From Clostridia bacterium (lineage in GTDB: Bacteria; Bacillota; Clostridia; RGIG6154), in the NCBI GenBank assembly GCA_045589295.1, contig JAZNOU010000012.1:64001-128000 (forward strand): 64,000 nt of DNA, read 5' to 3'. The translations under genes and the position numbers were made by a program. Below are positions 1 through 9,662 of the stretch, piece after piece (position 1 is the stretch's first letter; every line of letters begins with the position of its first letter). The notes beneath the pieces are model-generated. The model searched no databases and had not been told where the DNA came from. It saw only the letters and a list, made by a program, of their open reading frames with translations.

Positions 1-301
1 GGTCGCTGTTAACAAACATAACGTCGTTGTTAATCTGCATAACAATGATTAAATCACCTTTTCTGGAAATTACTGTTTCTGTTGCCTCGTCATAATCAAC
101 TGTAGCACCCAATGATTCAAAAATCTTTCTTACAGGAACCAAAGTTCTGCCTGCTTCTACAACCGGCTTTTGGTCAAACTCAAGCTCTGTACCGTCAAGA
201 ACAACCTTAACATTCATGCTTTCGTCAAACTGAGGTGCTGCAAATGCCAGAGTGCTCAGACAAAGAACAAGTACCATAGTTAATGCTAAAATCTTTTGCA
301 T
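1..301 (-). CDS. Secreted protein with copper amine oxidase-like N-terminal (stalk) domain, partial (runs off window)
   Basis: Own translation from ATG at 301 (RBS AGGAG): MQKILALTMVLVLCLSTLAFA signal peptide, then VKVVLDGTELEFDQKPVVEAGRTLVPVRKIFESLGATVDYD, typical of Cu_amine_oxidN. Confidence 0.8.
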   Translation of the reverse strand, partial: MQKILALTMVLVLCLSTLAFAAPQFDESMNVKVVLDGTELEFDQKPVVEAGRTLVPVRKIFESLGATVDYDEATETVISRKGDLIIVMQINNDVMFVNSD

Positions 302-358
302 ATATTCCAACTCCTTTTTTAGTTCATACTTTCATAATACATTATTTTGCGGATTTTG

Positions 359-1024
359 TCAATTATTTTGAAACTTTTTTAATGCAATTTCAGTAATTTC
401 CGACGGCACTTTTACGATATAATCTGCACCTGCGTCTTCAAGTTCTTTTCGGTCACGAAAACCCCACAAAACGCCGATTGATTTAACTCCTGCATTCTTG
501 GCGGTAAAAATATCCACATCTGTGTCCCCTATATATAAAACCTCGTCTTTTTTTGCGTTAAGCCTGTCTATCATTTCCAAAAGAGTGGCAGGATTAGGTT
601 TTAATGGTGCAGTTTCGGTGTCGCCCTTGCAGTCGTCTATTAAGTCACCAAAGACTTTTTTATTTATCTTCTGAACTGTAGCGTCTGTTTTATTTGACAA
701 AATCCCAAGCTTTATTCCTGCATTTTTTAATTCAGCAAGCATCTGGTCAATACCGTCATAGCTATGTGATAAATGACACGGGTTATTATTATAAGCTGTT
801 TTATAATTTAAAAAAATTTCCTCAAAATTTGAAAAGTTTGCGCCTACTTCTTTCAAAGCACGTTCAATAAGATTTTTTGCGCCGTTTCCTACCATATTGT
901 AAAATCGGTCAAGTGCTATGGTTTTGTAGCCGAACTTTGTTAAAGTTTCGTTTGTATAATGTGCAATTGATTTTATGGAATCAACAGTTGTTCCGTCCAT
1001 ATCAAAGATACATGCTTTAATCAT
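359..1024 (-). CDS. HAD-family hydrolase (phosphoglycolate phosphatase-like)
   Basis: IFDMDGT motif I, LSNK, LKP, IGDTDVD motif IV. Confidence 0.9.
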   Translation of the reverse strand: MIKACIFDMDGTTVDSIKSIAHYTNETLTKFGYKTIALDRFYNMVGNGAKNLIERALKEVGANFSNFEEIFLNYKTAYNNNPCHLSHSYDGIDQMLAELKNAGIKLGILSNKTDATVQKINKKVFGDLIDDCKGDTETAPLKPNPATLLEMIDRLNAKKDEVLYIGDTDVDIFTAKNAGVKSIGVLWGFRDRKELEDAGADYIVKVPSEITEIALKKFQNN

Positions 1025-1719
1025 TTGTCTTCTCCTAAAACCTGAGTAATAATATTTTTTGATGCAATATTTTCAAAGTTGTCTGAAATGGGTTTTAAAA
1101 TGTTGTCACCGCCGTATTTTTTGTCAAGCGCTTTTTTAATTATATAATCGCAAAGGACTGGGTTTTTTGGAAGCAATGGTCCGTGAAGGTTGCTTGCAAA
1201 AACATTTTTATAAATTGCGCCCTCAAACCCCATACCATTGTTGCCATATCCCACCAAAACATTACCAAGCGGTGTTAAATCATGGATATCCGTTTCATAT
1301 TCGTGGTTTTCAAACCCTGAAACTAAAATTTTCTTGCCATCTAAAATGAGTTCAAAAACTACGTTGCCTGAAGCTCTTTTTTTAGCTTTTTTATGCGTAA
1401 CGTCAATTAGCCCAAGCTCGCCTGCCATTTGAAAACCCCCACAAACAAAAAGTGCAGTGCCCGAGCTTTCTATATATTCTTTCAAATCTGCTTTAACTTT
1501 ATCAAGTTTTTCTAACACCATTTCCTGTTCGCAGCCACCACCGCCACCTAAGAATAGGATATCGCAGTCCGAAAGGCAGAGCGCATCATCACCTTTTATT
1601 TCGGTAACTTTTGCATCAATCCCGCGCCATAGACACCTTTTTTCAAGAGCGGATATATTACCCTTGTCACCATAAAGGTTTAAAAGGTCGGGGTATAAAT
1701 GAACAATTTTAATTTCCAT
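1021..1719 (-). CDS. gatD: Lipid II isoglutaminyl synthase, glutamine amidotransferase subunit (CobQ-like)
   Basis: HLYPDLLNLYGDKGN, VCGGFQ, GFENH, NLHGPLLPKNP; coupled to murT. Confidence 0.9.
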   Translation of the reverse strand: MEIKIVHLYPDLLNLYGDKGNISALEKRCLWRGIDAKVTEIKGDDALCLSDCDILFLGGGGGCEQEMVLEKLDKVKADLKEYIESSGTALFVCGGFQMAGELGLIDVTHKKAKKRASGNVVFELILDGKKILVSGFENHEYETDIHDLTPLGNVLVGYGNNGMGFEGAIYKNVFASNLHGPLLPKNPVLCDYIIKKALDKKYGGDNILKPISDNFENIASKNIITQVLGEDK

Positions 1720-3055
1720 TATCTTTGTCCTCCAGCTCTTTTAAAATTGCCTGTGTAGGAAACAGCGCGGTGTAGTTTACGAGAACGTAAATCACATTTC
1801 CGCTTCCTGAAAGTGCGAGTTCTTTTAGTCTTGCTTTAATATCGGGAGAGAGCACAATATCACTTTCTTGTGCACCTGCGTATTTAAATCTTAATCCTAA
1901 ATCGGCATAACGAGTGCCCGAAACCGAACATGTAAAGGTGTTTTGATTTAACAAATCCTCGAAGTCAACATCCCACAGCCACGAAACGTCTTTGCCATCG
2001 CCTATTCCGTCATTGATTGCGATTATTATATCTTTGTTTTCGGGGTCTTCTTTAACTGTTTCTACCGACTGGTTAAAGCCTGCGGGGTTTTTGGCAAGAA
2101 GAAGATAAACATTTTTGCCGTTTAATTTAAATCTCTCAAGTCTGCCTGCCTGAGGAGTGTAGCAAAGGGCGGTTTCTTTTAAGGCATCAAAGCTGCCTTT
2201 TATTTCACTTGTTGCACCTGCTACTGCCAAAATGTTATAGACGTTATATTTTCCTCTGCCATTTAGCTCGATTTTGCCAAAAGGCTCAATATCAAAGCAA
2301 AGTGCAGGGAAAAGTGAAATGTTTTTAGCATAAATGTCCAAGTTTGGTCTTGCAAATCCGCACCAACATGAATAGTCGCCAAGCTGACTGAAGTGGCGGA
2401 AGTTATATTTAAGCTCTTTTCCGCAAAAATGACAGAACTTACCCTCGGCGGTTTCTTTATCTGTTTTAAATTCGTTATCTTTTATTCCGTAATAAACCTT
2501 TTTGTTTTCAAAATCGGATGCAAGTGTTACGGTTAAAGGGTCATCCGCATTTAAAATGAGAGTGGCATCAGGTGCTAAGGCGATTGCTCTTTTTAAAAAG
2601 CTCATTGTTGTGTTAATTTCGCCGTAGCGATCAAGCTGGTCGCGGAAAAGGTTGGTAATTACAATTTTATGAGGAGTGAGCATTTTGAAAATATATTCCG
2701 CCCAACCCTCGTCCATTTCAAGACAAGCATAATCAACGTCGATTTTTCCAAAAAGGTTTGCCTTTTCTAAAAATGCACCTACTGCACCTTCGTCCATATT
2801 AGCGCCAAGTCGGTTGCAGGCAACACTATAACCCGCATTAGTTAAAGTGTCTGCTAAAATGTTGTTTGTTGTGGTTTTGCCGTTTGTTCCCATTACGGCA
2901 ATTATTTCTTTTTTTACTTTCTTTTCAAACACTCTCAAAATATCAGGATAAAGCTTAAATGCAAGCTTGCCCGGGGCGCTTGTTGCTTTTTTACCCATTA
3001 ATTTAAGTAAAAATATAAAAACTTTGCAAACAAAAACTGTTAAAAAATATTTCAT
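1709..3055 (-). CDS. murT: Lipid II isoglutaminyl synthase, Mur-ligase subunit (DUF1727)
   Basis: GTNGKTTT, TNLFRDQLDRYGE, Cys knuckle, KNPAG and DVSWLWDVDFE motifs. Confidence 0.9.
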   Translation of the reverse strand: MKYFLTVFVCKVFIFLLKLMGKKATSAPGKLAFKLYPDILRVFEKKVKKEIIAVMGTNGKTTTNNILADTLTNAGYSVACNRLGANMDEGAVGAFLEKANLFGKIDVDYACLEMDEGWAEYIFKMLTPHKIVITNLFRDQLDRYGEINTTMSFLKRAIALAPDATLILNADDPLTVTLASDFENKKVYYGIKDNEFKTDKETAEGKFCHFCGKELKYNFRHFSQLGDYSCWCGFARPNLDIYAKNISLFPALCFDIEPFGKIELNGRGKYNVYNILAVAGATSEIKGSFDALKETALCYTPQAGRLERFKLNGKNVYLLLAKNPAGFNQSVETVKEDPENKDIIIAINDGIGDGKDVSWLWDVDFEDLLNQNTFTCSVSGTRYADLGLRFKYAGAQESDIVLSPDIKARLKELALSGSGNVIYVLVNYTALFPTQAILKELEDKDNGN

Positions 3056-3159
3056 AAAAAAGTCCTTTTGTTTTGTATAAATTTTATTATTGGGGTAATA
3101 ATATGAGTGACCTCACAAAACACATACCCCCTTTTAAAGCGGTAAAACCGCTTTTCGTA

Positions 3160-3186
3160 AAAAGCACCTTGACGGGTGCTTTTTTA
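3160..3186 (-). terminator. Intrinsic terminator of the repressor-immA operon (bidirectional shape)
   Basis: AAAAGCACC-ttgacg-GGTGCTTTTTT hairpin at the end of ORF 3184..3387. Confidence 0.6.
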
Positions 3187-3387
3187 CATATCTTCGGCAT
3201 CTTTTACCGAATCTTTGTCCCAGTCGCCTCTTTTTATATGCGCCATTTCGTGAAGATAGGTAAGGCGCTGTTGCTCGGAAGATAAGTTCTCATTTAAATA
3301 TATATTGTAGTTGCCGTCGTTATCAATTGCGGTATAGCCTTTTATTCTGGTTGGCAGTTTTATCAGTCTTGTAAAAATTTCGTCCAT
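3184..3387 (-). CDS. Short ImmA/IrrE-like zinc metallopeptidase (phage anti-repressor protease type)
   Basis: YNIYLNENLS...TYLHEMAHI (HExxH); directly downstream of an XRE repressor; RBS AAGGAG. Confidence 0.7.
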   Translation of the reverse strand: MDEIFTRLIKLPTRIKGYTAIDNDGNYNIYLNENLSSEQQRLTYLHEMAHIKRGDWDKDSVKDAEDM

Positions 3388-3397
3388 TTTGTTCTCC

Positions 3398-3757
3398 TTA
3401 AAAATCAGTATTTGTAGCTTTCATTGCATTATGTATTGCAATCATTTGTTTTATTTCGGTTGGTGTGGCATTTTTTGCAATGTCAAAAAGAACCTTAAAT
3501 TCAGGGTTTGATTTTAACATTTCTTTCATTTCGTCCACATCATCATTCATATCGTAGTGCTCAACTCCGTACAAATAATCTGTTGAAACCGAGAAAAATT
3601 TTGCAAGTCTGGTAATTGCGTCGGGAGTTGGCACTGCTGCACCTGACTCATATTTACATACAGAAGAAACGTGCACACCTAAAAAGTCTGCAAGCTCTTT
3701 TTGTGTCATATTACTTTGTTTTCGTAAGTTTTTAATATTTTCCGACAAAAGCGGCAT
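3398..3757 (-). CDS. XRE-family HTH repressor (CI/ImmR-like)
   Basis: IKNLRKQSNMTQKELADFLGVHVSSVCKYESG...FSVSTDYL; RBS GAAAGGA. Confidence 0.9.
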   Translation of the reverse strand: MPLLSENIKNLRKQSNMTQKELADFLGVHVSSVCKYESGAAVPTPDAITRLAKFFSVSTDYLYGVEHYDMNDDVDEMKEMLKSNPEFKVLFDIAKNATPTEIKQMIAIHNAMKATNTDF

Positions 3758-3808
3758 AATTTCTATTCCGTCCTTTCATAAAATAAAAGTGCATACGTAC
3801 TTGATATT

Positions 3809-3929
3809 ATTATATGAACTTTATTCAAATTTGTCAATCATTTTTTGAATTATTTTCAACTTTTATCTTGACATTTGAATTAAATTCAATTATAATAGTG
3901 CTTGTAAAAGAGATTTGAATTAAATTCAA
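3809..3929. promoter_or_regulatory. Divergent sigma-A promoters with four TTGAA-N5-TTCAA operators
   Basis: Minus: TTGACA(3837-3832)-17-TATAAT(3814-3809). Plus: TTGACA(3868-3873)-17-TATAAT(3891-3896). Boxes at 3814-3828, 3845-3859, 3875-3889, 3915-3929 (last two identical, TTGAATTAAATTCAA). Confidence 0.85.
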
Positions 3930-3942
3930 GTCAGGAGAAAAT

Positions 3943-4104
3943 ATGATAATTTGCAATTCTTGTGAAAGGATTTCAAGAGAGGCGCTTATTTTAAAAGAAG
4001 TGCATTTTGAGTGTGACGAATGGCCGTATGAGATAATCCCCGTGTGCCCGTACTGCCAGGACACTGACATTGTGAGTTTTGAAGGGAATGATTGTGATGA
4101 CTAA
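3943..4104 (+). CDS. Small zinc-ribbon protein, 53 aa (not in ORF track)
   Basis: RBS AGGAG; MIICNSCERISREALILKEVHFECDEWPYEIIPVCPYCQDTDIVSFEGNDCDD with CxxC...CPxC; overlaps next start. Confidence 0.7.
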   Translation: MIICNSCERISREALILKEVHFECDEWPYEIIPVCPYCQDTDIVSFEGNDCDD

Positions 4105-4384
4105 AACCTGCGGAATATGCGGTAAAGAATTTGACGGCAGACAGCAAAAATATTGCAGTTTTCAGTGCAGATGGAAAGCAAAGCAAATCCAGAGTGCAAG
4201 AAAACCTAAAAAAAGAAAGGAAACACTTTGCTGGACCTGCAAAAATGCGTGCGGCGGATGTTCATGGTCGCAAAGCTTTACTCCCGTTGAAGGATGGGAT
4301 GCTAAAGAAACCGTGTTAAAATCATCAGAAGGTGAGGTGCAGAGCTTTTTTGTCAACAGTTGCCCATTATTTACAATAGGATAA
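4097..4384 (+). CDS. Cys-rich phage-type hypothetical protein
   Basis: MTKTCGICGKEF...YCSFQC and TLCWTCKNACGGCSWS...PVEGW...CP; ATG at 4097 chosen. Confidence 0.7.
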   Translation: MTKTCGICGKEFDGRQQKYCSFQCRWKAKQIQSARKPKKRKETLCWTCKNACGGCSWSQSFTPVEGWDAKETVLKSSEGEVQSFFVNSCPLFTIG

Positions 4385-4394
4385 AGGAGTAAAA

Positions 4395-4805
4395 ATGAAG
4401 GCCAGAGAGTTTTTGAATATGCCTGCCGTGATAAACATGGAAATCATGTGTGCCCGAATTGAACTTGAGCATTACAAAAGGCTTGCCGGGCAAATGCAAA
4501 ATACTTTGGTGGACAATGACAGAACAAGGCTTTTGCTTTTGGATGCAAAGGAGAAAATAAAAGAGCAGGAAAAGCTTTTGGAAGAAAAATATATAAGTCT
4601 TACAAATGCAGAAAGAAAGATTTGTGAGGCTGTTAACCGCCTTGATGATGAGCATGTTAAAGCGGCGCTTAAGTACAGGTACATATGTCTTATGAAATTT
4701 GAGGAAATTTCTGAAAAGATGCAGTATTGCGTGCGTCAGGTCAGAAGATTTTGTGAAAAAGGTATGGCTGAACTTGACGAAATATGGGAAGAAAAAACGG
4801 GCTGA
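4395..4805 (+). CDS. Phage late-gene transcriptional activator (ArpU/RinA/DUF1492-like, sigma70 region 4 HTH)
   Basis: MKAREFL start, coiled coil, C-terminal ALKYRYICLMKFEEISEKMQYCVRQVRRF; RBS AAGGAG. Confidence 0.75.
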   Translation: MKAREFLNMPAVINMEIMCARIELEHYKRLAGQMQNTLVDNDRTRLLLLDAKEKIKEQEKLLEEKYISLTNAERKICEAVNRLDDEHVKAALKYRYICLMKFEEISEKMQYCVRQVRRFCEKGMAELDEIWEEKTG

Positions 4806-4819
4806 CGCCCGTTTTTTTT
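4792..4819. terminator. Bidirectional terminator between activator and hydF
   Basis: AAAAAACGGGC-tgac-GCCCGTTTTTTTT. Confidence 0.75.
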
Positions 4820-4835
4820 ATTGTAAAATATATTT

Positions 4836-6014
4836 CTATTTAAATACTTTTGTCGCACGGGAAAGTATTCCGTTAACCTTTGAAATTACCATTCCGTAGT
4901 TGGTTATTGGCACGTTTTCGTCTGATGCAAGTGCCATTCTTGCCTGCATTTCTTTTTTGTTCAGCATGCATCCGCCGCAATGGATAATTAAATCGTAATC
5001 GGTTAAATTTTCCGGAAATTCCATTCCCGAGGTAAATGAAAATTCAATCTTTTTTCCTGTGTAGCCATTTATCCATGCGGGCAATTTAACTGTGCCTATG
5101 TCACCGCACTGTCTGTGGTGGGTACAACCCTCTGAAATCAATACTTTTGAGCCGTCTGTTAAGTTGTCTAAGGTATCTGCGCCATTTAAAAGTGTGTCAA
5201 GCTCGCCTTTGTATCTTGCAAAAAGTATTGAAAAAGATGTCAGAAAAATACTTTCTGGCAAGATTTTTGCTACTCTTCCAAACGCCTGCGAGTCTGTTAT
5301 TACAAGGTCAGGCGGATTTTTTAGTTTTTCTAAAGTTTTTAAAAGCTCGCTGTCTTTACAGCATACCGCTGTTGCGCCAAGGTCCAAAAGCTCGCGCAGA
5401 ACCTGCTGTTGAGGAAGTATTATTCTTCCCTTTGGTGCGGCTTCATCTATCGGGATAACCAAGACAACTGTGTCGTTTTCTTTTACAATTCCGTCTAAAA
5501 TTTTTCTGTTCTCTTCTTCTGGAAGTGCGTTTGCAAGCATTTGTTTAAGTTTTTCTATATTTTCACCTGTTTTTGCACTTACATAGAGTGAATTTTCAGG
5601 AATTTGCGAAAATTCCTTTAACAAATCGCTTTTAGTATAAGCAATAACAAACGGAATATTTTTCTTTTCAAAAAGTTTTATGAGGGCTTTGTCTTCGTCA
5701 TTTAAGCCGAGTGAGGCATCAACTGCTAAAACGGCAATATCTGTGTAGCTTAGTGCTCTTTTTGCCTTTTTCATACGCAGGTAGCCTATTTCGGTGGTAT
5801 CGCCAAAGCCGGGACAGTCGATAATTGTAACTGTGCCCAATGGCAAAAGCTCCATATTTTTTTGGACCAAATCGGTGGTAGTGCCTTTTTGGGAAGAAAC
5901 AACAGAAAGTTCCTGGTTGGTAACTGCGTTAACCAGGCTTGATTTTCCTGCATTTACGCATCCAAAAAAGCCAATGTGTACTCTTTCGCCTGAAGGCGCT
6001 TGATTTAAGCTCAT
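4836..6014 (-). CDS. hydF: [FeFe]-hydrogenase maturation GTPase
   Basis: GCVNAGKSS P-loop, GTTTD, AAPKGRIILPQQQ, EGCTHH, HCGGCM cluster ligands. Confidence 0.95.
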   Translation of the reverse strand: MSLNQAPSGERVHIGFFGCVNAGKSSLVNAVTNQELSVVSSQKGTTTDLVQKNMELLPLGTVTIIDCPGFGDTTEIGYLRMKKAKRALSYTDIAVLAVDASLGLNDEDKALIKLFEKKNIPFVIAYTKSDLLKEFSQIPENSLYVSAKTGENIEKLKQMLANALPEEENRKILDGIVKENDTVVLVIPIDEAAPKGRIILPQQQVLRELLDLGATAVCCKDSELLKTLEKLKNPPDLVITDSQAFGRVAKILPESIFLTSFSILFARYKGELDTLLNGADTLDNLTDGSKVLISEGCTHHRQCGDIGTVKLPAWINGYTGKKIEFSFTSGMEFPENLTDYDLIIHCGGCMLNKKEMQARMALASDENVPITNYGMVISKVNGILSRATKVFK

Positions 6015-6118
6015 TTTACCACTCCTTTGCTATATTGATTATATAGCAGGCGGGATGTTTTGTCAAACAGATGAAGGGGCAAACACAAAAAAGAGGATGT
6101 TTTTGCATCCTCCTTTTT

Positions 6119-6691
6119 TTAAATTTTTTTCAATCTTTTTGGCTTGTGTTTTTTGTTTTGGTAGAGCATATCGTCTGCCCTCTTGAACACTGCATCAAAT
6201 GGCTCACCCTCTACTGATATTGCATAGCCTTTTGCTGTGGTGAATGAAAGGCGGTTAAGTTCGGTGCGGGTTAGTTCGGTCAAAAGCTCGTGAGTTTTTG
6301 TTTCGTTTGCATTTATTGCGATTATCGCAAACTCATCCCCGCCTATTCTGTAAATATTGTATAGCGGCGATGAAAACAAGTTCTTTAAAATATCTGCAAA
6401 CGATTTTAAAACTTTGTCCCCCTCTAAATGTCCGCAGGTGTCGTTAATGGATTTAAAGTCATTTATATCAAAAACAATAATCATCCACCCGCCCATACCT
6501 ATTCTTTCAAGCTCGCTTATCTTTCTTGAGTAGGCTGCCTGATTTTTAAGACCGGTAAGAGCATCCGAAAATGCTATATCATACCATTTGCTTAAATTCT
6601 TAATTAATTTCCCTTTTTCTCTAAGCTGTCGTTGCTGGTATATGATAATCCAGATAAAGCTTAAAAAAACCAGCACATAAATTATTTGCAT
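6119..6691 (-). CDS. Membrane-anchored GGDEF diguanylate cyclase
   Basis: N-terminal TM, DALTGLKN, DINDFKSINDTCGHLEGD, RIGGDEF, RADDMLY. Confidence 0.9.
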   Translation of the reverse strand: MQIIYVLVFLSFIWIIIYQQRQLREKGKLIKNLSKWYDIAFSDALTGLKNQAAYSRKISELERIGMGGWMIIVFDINDFKSINDTCGHLEGDKVLKSFADILKNLFSSPLYNIYRIGGDEFAIIAINANETKTHELLTELTRTELNRLSFTTAKGYAISVEGEPFDAVFKRADDMLYQNKKHKPKRLKKI

Positions 6692-6827
6692 TTTTATCTC
6701 CTTATGTAACGAAAAACAAAATTAAATAGTAAAAAAACTTTTTTTGTGTACCCTATTATAGACGTTTTCTGTCTAAAAGTCAATAGAAAGTTTCTGTCTA
6801 TGGTAAATTATATAGGGTGAATGTATA

Positions 6828-7037
6828 ATGGAGTATACAGTTGGTGAAAGAATAAGGAGCTTACGGGAGGACAATAATCTTACACAATCACAACTTGCAC
6901 AAAAGCTTAATACTACACAAAGGAAAATATCCTACATTGAGTGCGGAAAGTATGAGCCGTGCATTGGGGATATTGTTGAAATATGCAAATTTTTTAAAGT
7001 TTCGACAGATTTTTTGCTTGGAATAAAAAAAGACTGA
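6828..7037 (+). CDS. XRE-family HTH regulator
   Basis: IRSLREDNNLTQSQLAQKL...ISYIECG...VSTDFLLG. Confidence 0.85.
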   Translation: MEYTVGERIRSLREDNNLTQSQLAQKLNTTQRKISYIECGKYEPCIGDIVEICKFFKVSTDFLLGIKKD

Positions 7038-7041
7038 GTTC

Positions 7042-7620
7042 TCAGTCTTTTTTATTTAAGATTTTTAGAAATTCTTCTTTGCCTAAGAAGGTGTTTACGG
7101 CATCTAAAAAGGCGTTGGTTGAAAGCTTTGAAGGAAACCCTGCTTTTTTCATAAATTCCTGTCTTAAGCCCTCAGAAGATTTTCCCCCTGAAAGACCAAA
7201 AGCGAACAGGTCGGCTTTTGTAACGGGGGTTAAGGGGGGTGTTTCTTCTAACCCGCATCCTGCTTTTTTAAGGCAGTCTAAAATTACTTCTTTTGTCATT
7301 CCCTCGACACCTAAGAGTCCTTCTTTGCCTGCTTTTTCTTTTCGTTTTTCTTTTCCTTTAATTTCGGGGATATACGCATTTTTGATATACTCTTTACCAA
7401 CCCAGCCTTTTAAGTGGTTTCTTATTAAAAAACCTGCAGAGTCTGAGTCGGTTAAGATTACTATTCCTCGCTTTTTAGCGTACATTTTTATAAGCTCTTT
7501 TTTTTTCTGGTCTTTAAAAATCCGAAAGCCATCCAAAGAGATTACTGTCGCGTCTAAAAGTGAGGTAAGTTTTATTTTATCGTATTTTCCTTCAACAATT
7601 ATTACTTCTTTTATTCTCAT
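7042..7620 (-). CDS. rnmV: Ribonuclease M5 (TOPRIM + DUF4093)
   Basis: IIVEGKYD, ILTDSDSAG, EGLLGVEG; start at ATG 7620. Confidence 0.85.
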   Translation of the reverse strand: MRIKEVIIVEGKYDKIKLTSLLDATVISLDGFRIFKDQKKKELIKMYAKKRGIVILTDSDSAGFLIRNHLKGWVGKEYIKNAYIPEIKGKEKRKEKAGKEGLLGVEGMTKEVILDCLKKAGCGLEETPPLTPVTKADLFAFGLSGGKSSEGLRQEFMKKAGFPSKLSTNAFLDAVNTFLGKEEFLKILNKKD

Positions 7621-7624
7621 TTTT

Positions 7625-9496
7625 TTAAATAAGGTCAAGCATGGTATTTGCAAAGTCTACGGGACTTTCCAAGGTTAATCCTTCTATTAAAACTGCTCCG
7701 CCGTACAATACCTCGGCAAGCTTTTTAAGTTTTTGGTTATCGGTATTAAAAAGTGATTTCATCTTTTCAAAAACAGGGTGGTTTAGGTTGATTTCTAAAA
7801 CCTTTTGTGCTTTTATGCCGTTGCTATCGGGCATTTTGCTTAAAACTTTTTCCATTTCAACCGACAGTTCTCCCTCGTTTGTGATGCAGACAGGGTGAGA
7901 TTTTAATTTATTTGTAAGTCTTACGTCTGCAACTTTTTCTTTTAGGGTTTCTTTTATAAATTCAATTAAATCTTTGTTTTCCTGGGATGTTTTTTCTTCC
8001 TGTTCTTTTTCGTCTTGTGTTCTGATATCCAAATCGCTTGAAGAAATTGACTTGAATTCTTTTTCTTGGTAATTGAACATCATTTTTAAGGCGAATTCGT
8101 CTACGTCGTCTGTTAAATAAAGAATTTCGTAGCCTTTTTCCAAAATGGCTTCTGCCTGCGGAAGTCTTGAAATTTTGTCAGCGTTTTCGCCCGAAGCGTA
8201 GTAAATTACACTTTGGTCTTCTTTCATACGCTCTACGTATTCTTTCAATGTGGTAAATTTGTTTTCATAAGATGAAACAAACATAACAAGGTCAGACAGC
8301 ACATCTTTATGCTGACCGAAATTATTGTAAATACCAAACTTTAGCTGACGAGCAAAAGCTTTATAAAATTCTTCGTATTTTTCTCTTTCATTTTTCTGCA
8401 TCAACAAAAGTTCGTCTTTGATTTTCTTTTCCAGGCGTGATGCGATAACTTTAAGCTGGCGGTCGTGCTGAAGAAGTTCTCTTGAAATGTTAAGGCTAAG
8501 GTCGGCTGAGTCAACCAAACCTTTTACAAAGCTGAAATAATCAGGGAGCAAATCGGCACATTTTTCCATAATCATAACGCCGTTTGAATAAAGAGCAAGT
8601 CCTTTTTCAAAATCCTTTGTATAATAGTCAAAAGGTGCTCTTTTTGGAATAAACAATAAAGCTGTGTAGCTTGTAAGTCCTTCTGCTGTGGTTTTAATGG
8701 TTTTAACAGGCGCATCAAAATCGTGGAATTTTGATTTGTAAAACTCTGCGTATTCTTCTTCAGTTACTTCAGATTTGCCTTTTCTCCAGATGGGTATCAT
8801 TGAGTTTAGGGTTTCGTCTTCGTAAGTTGTATCAAATTCACCTTGGCTGCCCTCTTTTGGTGTTTTGTGAGAAACGAGCATTTTGATTGGGTATTTAATA
8901 TAGTCGGAATACTTTTTGATTAATGATTTGATTGTGTATTCTTCTAAAAATTCGTCGTAGTTTTCATCATCTGTGTTTGGCTTGATATGAAGTGTTATAA
9001 CTGTGCCTGTTTCCTTTTTATCGCAAGGGGTGATGGTATAACCTTTTGAACCTTCAGATTCCCACATAAATGCGCTGCCATCTGAAAAACTTTTACTTTC
9101 CACAGTGATTTTGTCAGCTACCATAAATGCAGAATAAAAACCTACGCCAAACTGACCGATAATATCAACGTCGTCTGCTTTTTCATTTTCGTTTTTAAAC
9201 GCAAATGAGCCACTCTTTGCAATTGTACCTAAGTTGTTTTCAAGTTCAGATTCTGTCATACCGATACCTGTGTCGGTGATGATTATTTTTCTTGCAAACT
9301 TGTCAAGTGCTATTCTTATATAAAAATTTTCTCTGTCAAACTTAATGTTTTCATCTGAAAGTGAGAGGTAATAAAGCTTGTCTATGGCATCAGATGCGTT
9401 TGAGATAAGCTCACGAAGAAAAATTTCTTTATTTGTGTAGATTGAGTTAATCATAAGGTCTAAGAGCCTTTTTGATTCTGATTTAAATTGTTTCAT
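7625..9496 (-). CDS. htpG: Hsp90 chaperone HtpG
   Basis: [41 protein letters not shown]; start at ATG 9496 with RBS AAGGAG. Confidence 0.97.
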   Translation of the reverse strand: MKQFKSESKRLLDLMINSIYTNKEIFLRELISNASDAIDKLYYLSLSDENIKFDRENFYIRIALDKFARKIIITDTGIGMTESELENNLGTIAKSGSFAFKNENEKADDVDIIGQFGVGFYSAFMVADKITVESKSFSDGSAFMWESEGSKGYTITPCDKKETGTVITLHIKPNTDDENYDEFLEEYTIKSLIKKYSDYIKYPIKMLVSHKTPKEGSQGEFDTTYEDETLNSMIPIWRKGKSEVTEEEYAEFYKSKFHDFDAPVKTIKTTAEGLTSYTALLFIPKRAPFDYYTKDFEKGLALYSNGVMIMEKCADLLPDYFSFVKGLVDSADLSLNISRELLQHDRQLKVIASRLEKKIKDELLLMQKNEREKYEEFYKAFARQLKFGIYNNFGQHKDVLSDLVMFVSSYENKFTTLKEYVERMKEDQSVIYYASGENADKISRLPQAEAILEKGYEILYLTDDVDEFALKMMFNYQEKEFKSISSSDLDIRTQDEKEQEEKTSQENKDLIEFIKETLKEKVADVRLTNKLKSHPVCITNEGELSVEMEKVLSKMPDSNGIKAQKVLEINLNHPVFEKMKSLFNTDNQKLKKLAEVLYGGAVLIEGLTLESPVDFANTMLDLI

Positions 9497-9529
9497 AATA
9501 TCGCTCCTTTTAGTAGCTTGCATTGCACT

Positions 9530-9556
9530 TTAGCACTCTGATGTTAAGAGTGCTAA
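9530..9556. promoter_or_regulatory. CIRCE element (HrcA operator) upstream of htpG
   Basis: Perfect TTAGCACTC-N9-GAGTGCTAA; minus-strand promoter TTGACA(9588-9583)...TGGTACAAT just upstream. Confidence 0.95.
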
Positions 9557-9662
9557 CTGTATTGTACCATATTTTTGCCTGTTGTCAAGTTTTTACTTGT
9601 AAAAATTTAATTTGTGTGGTAAAATGTAATTTAGGTAAATATGTGCGAAAGGACTTTTTGAT

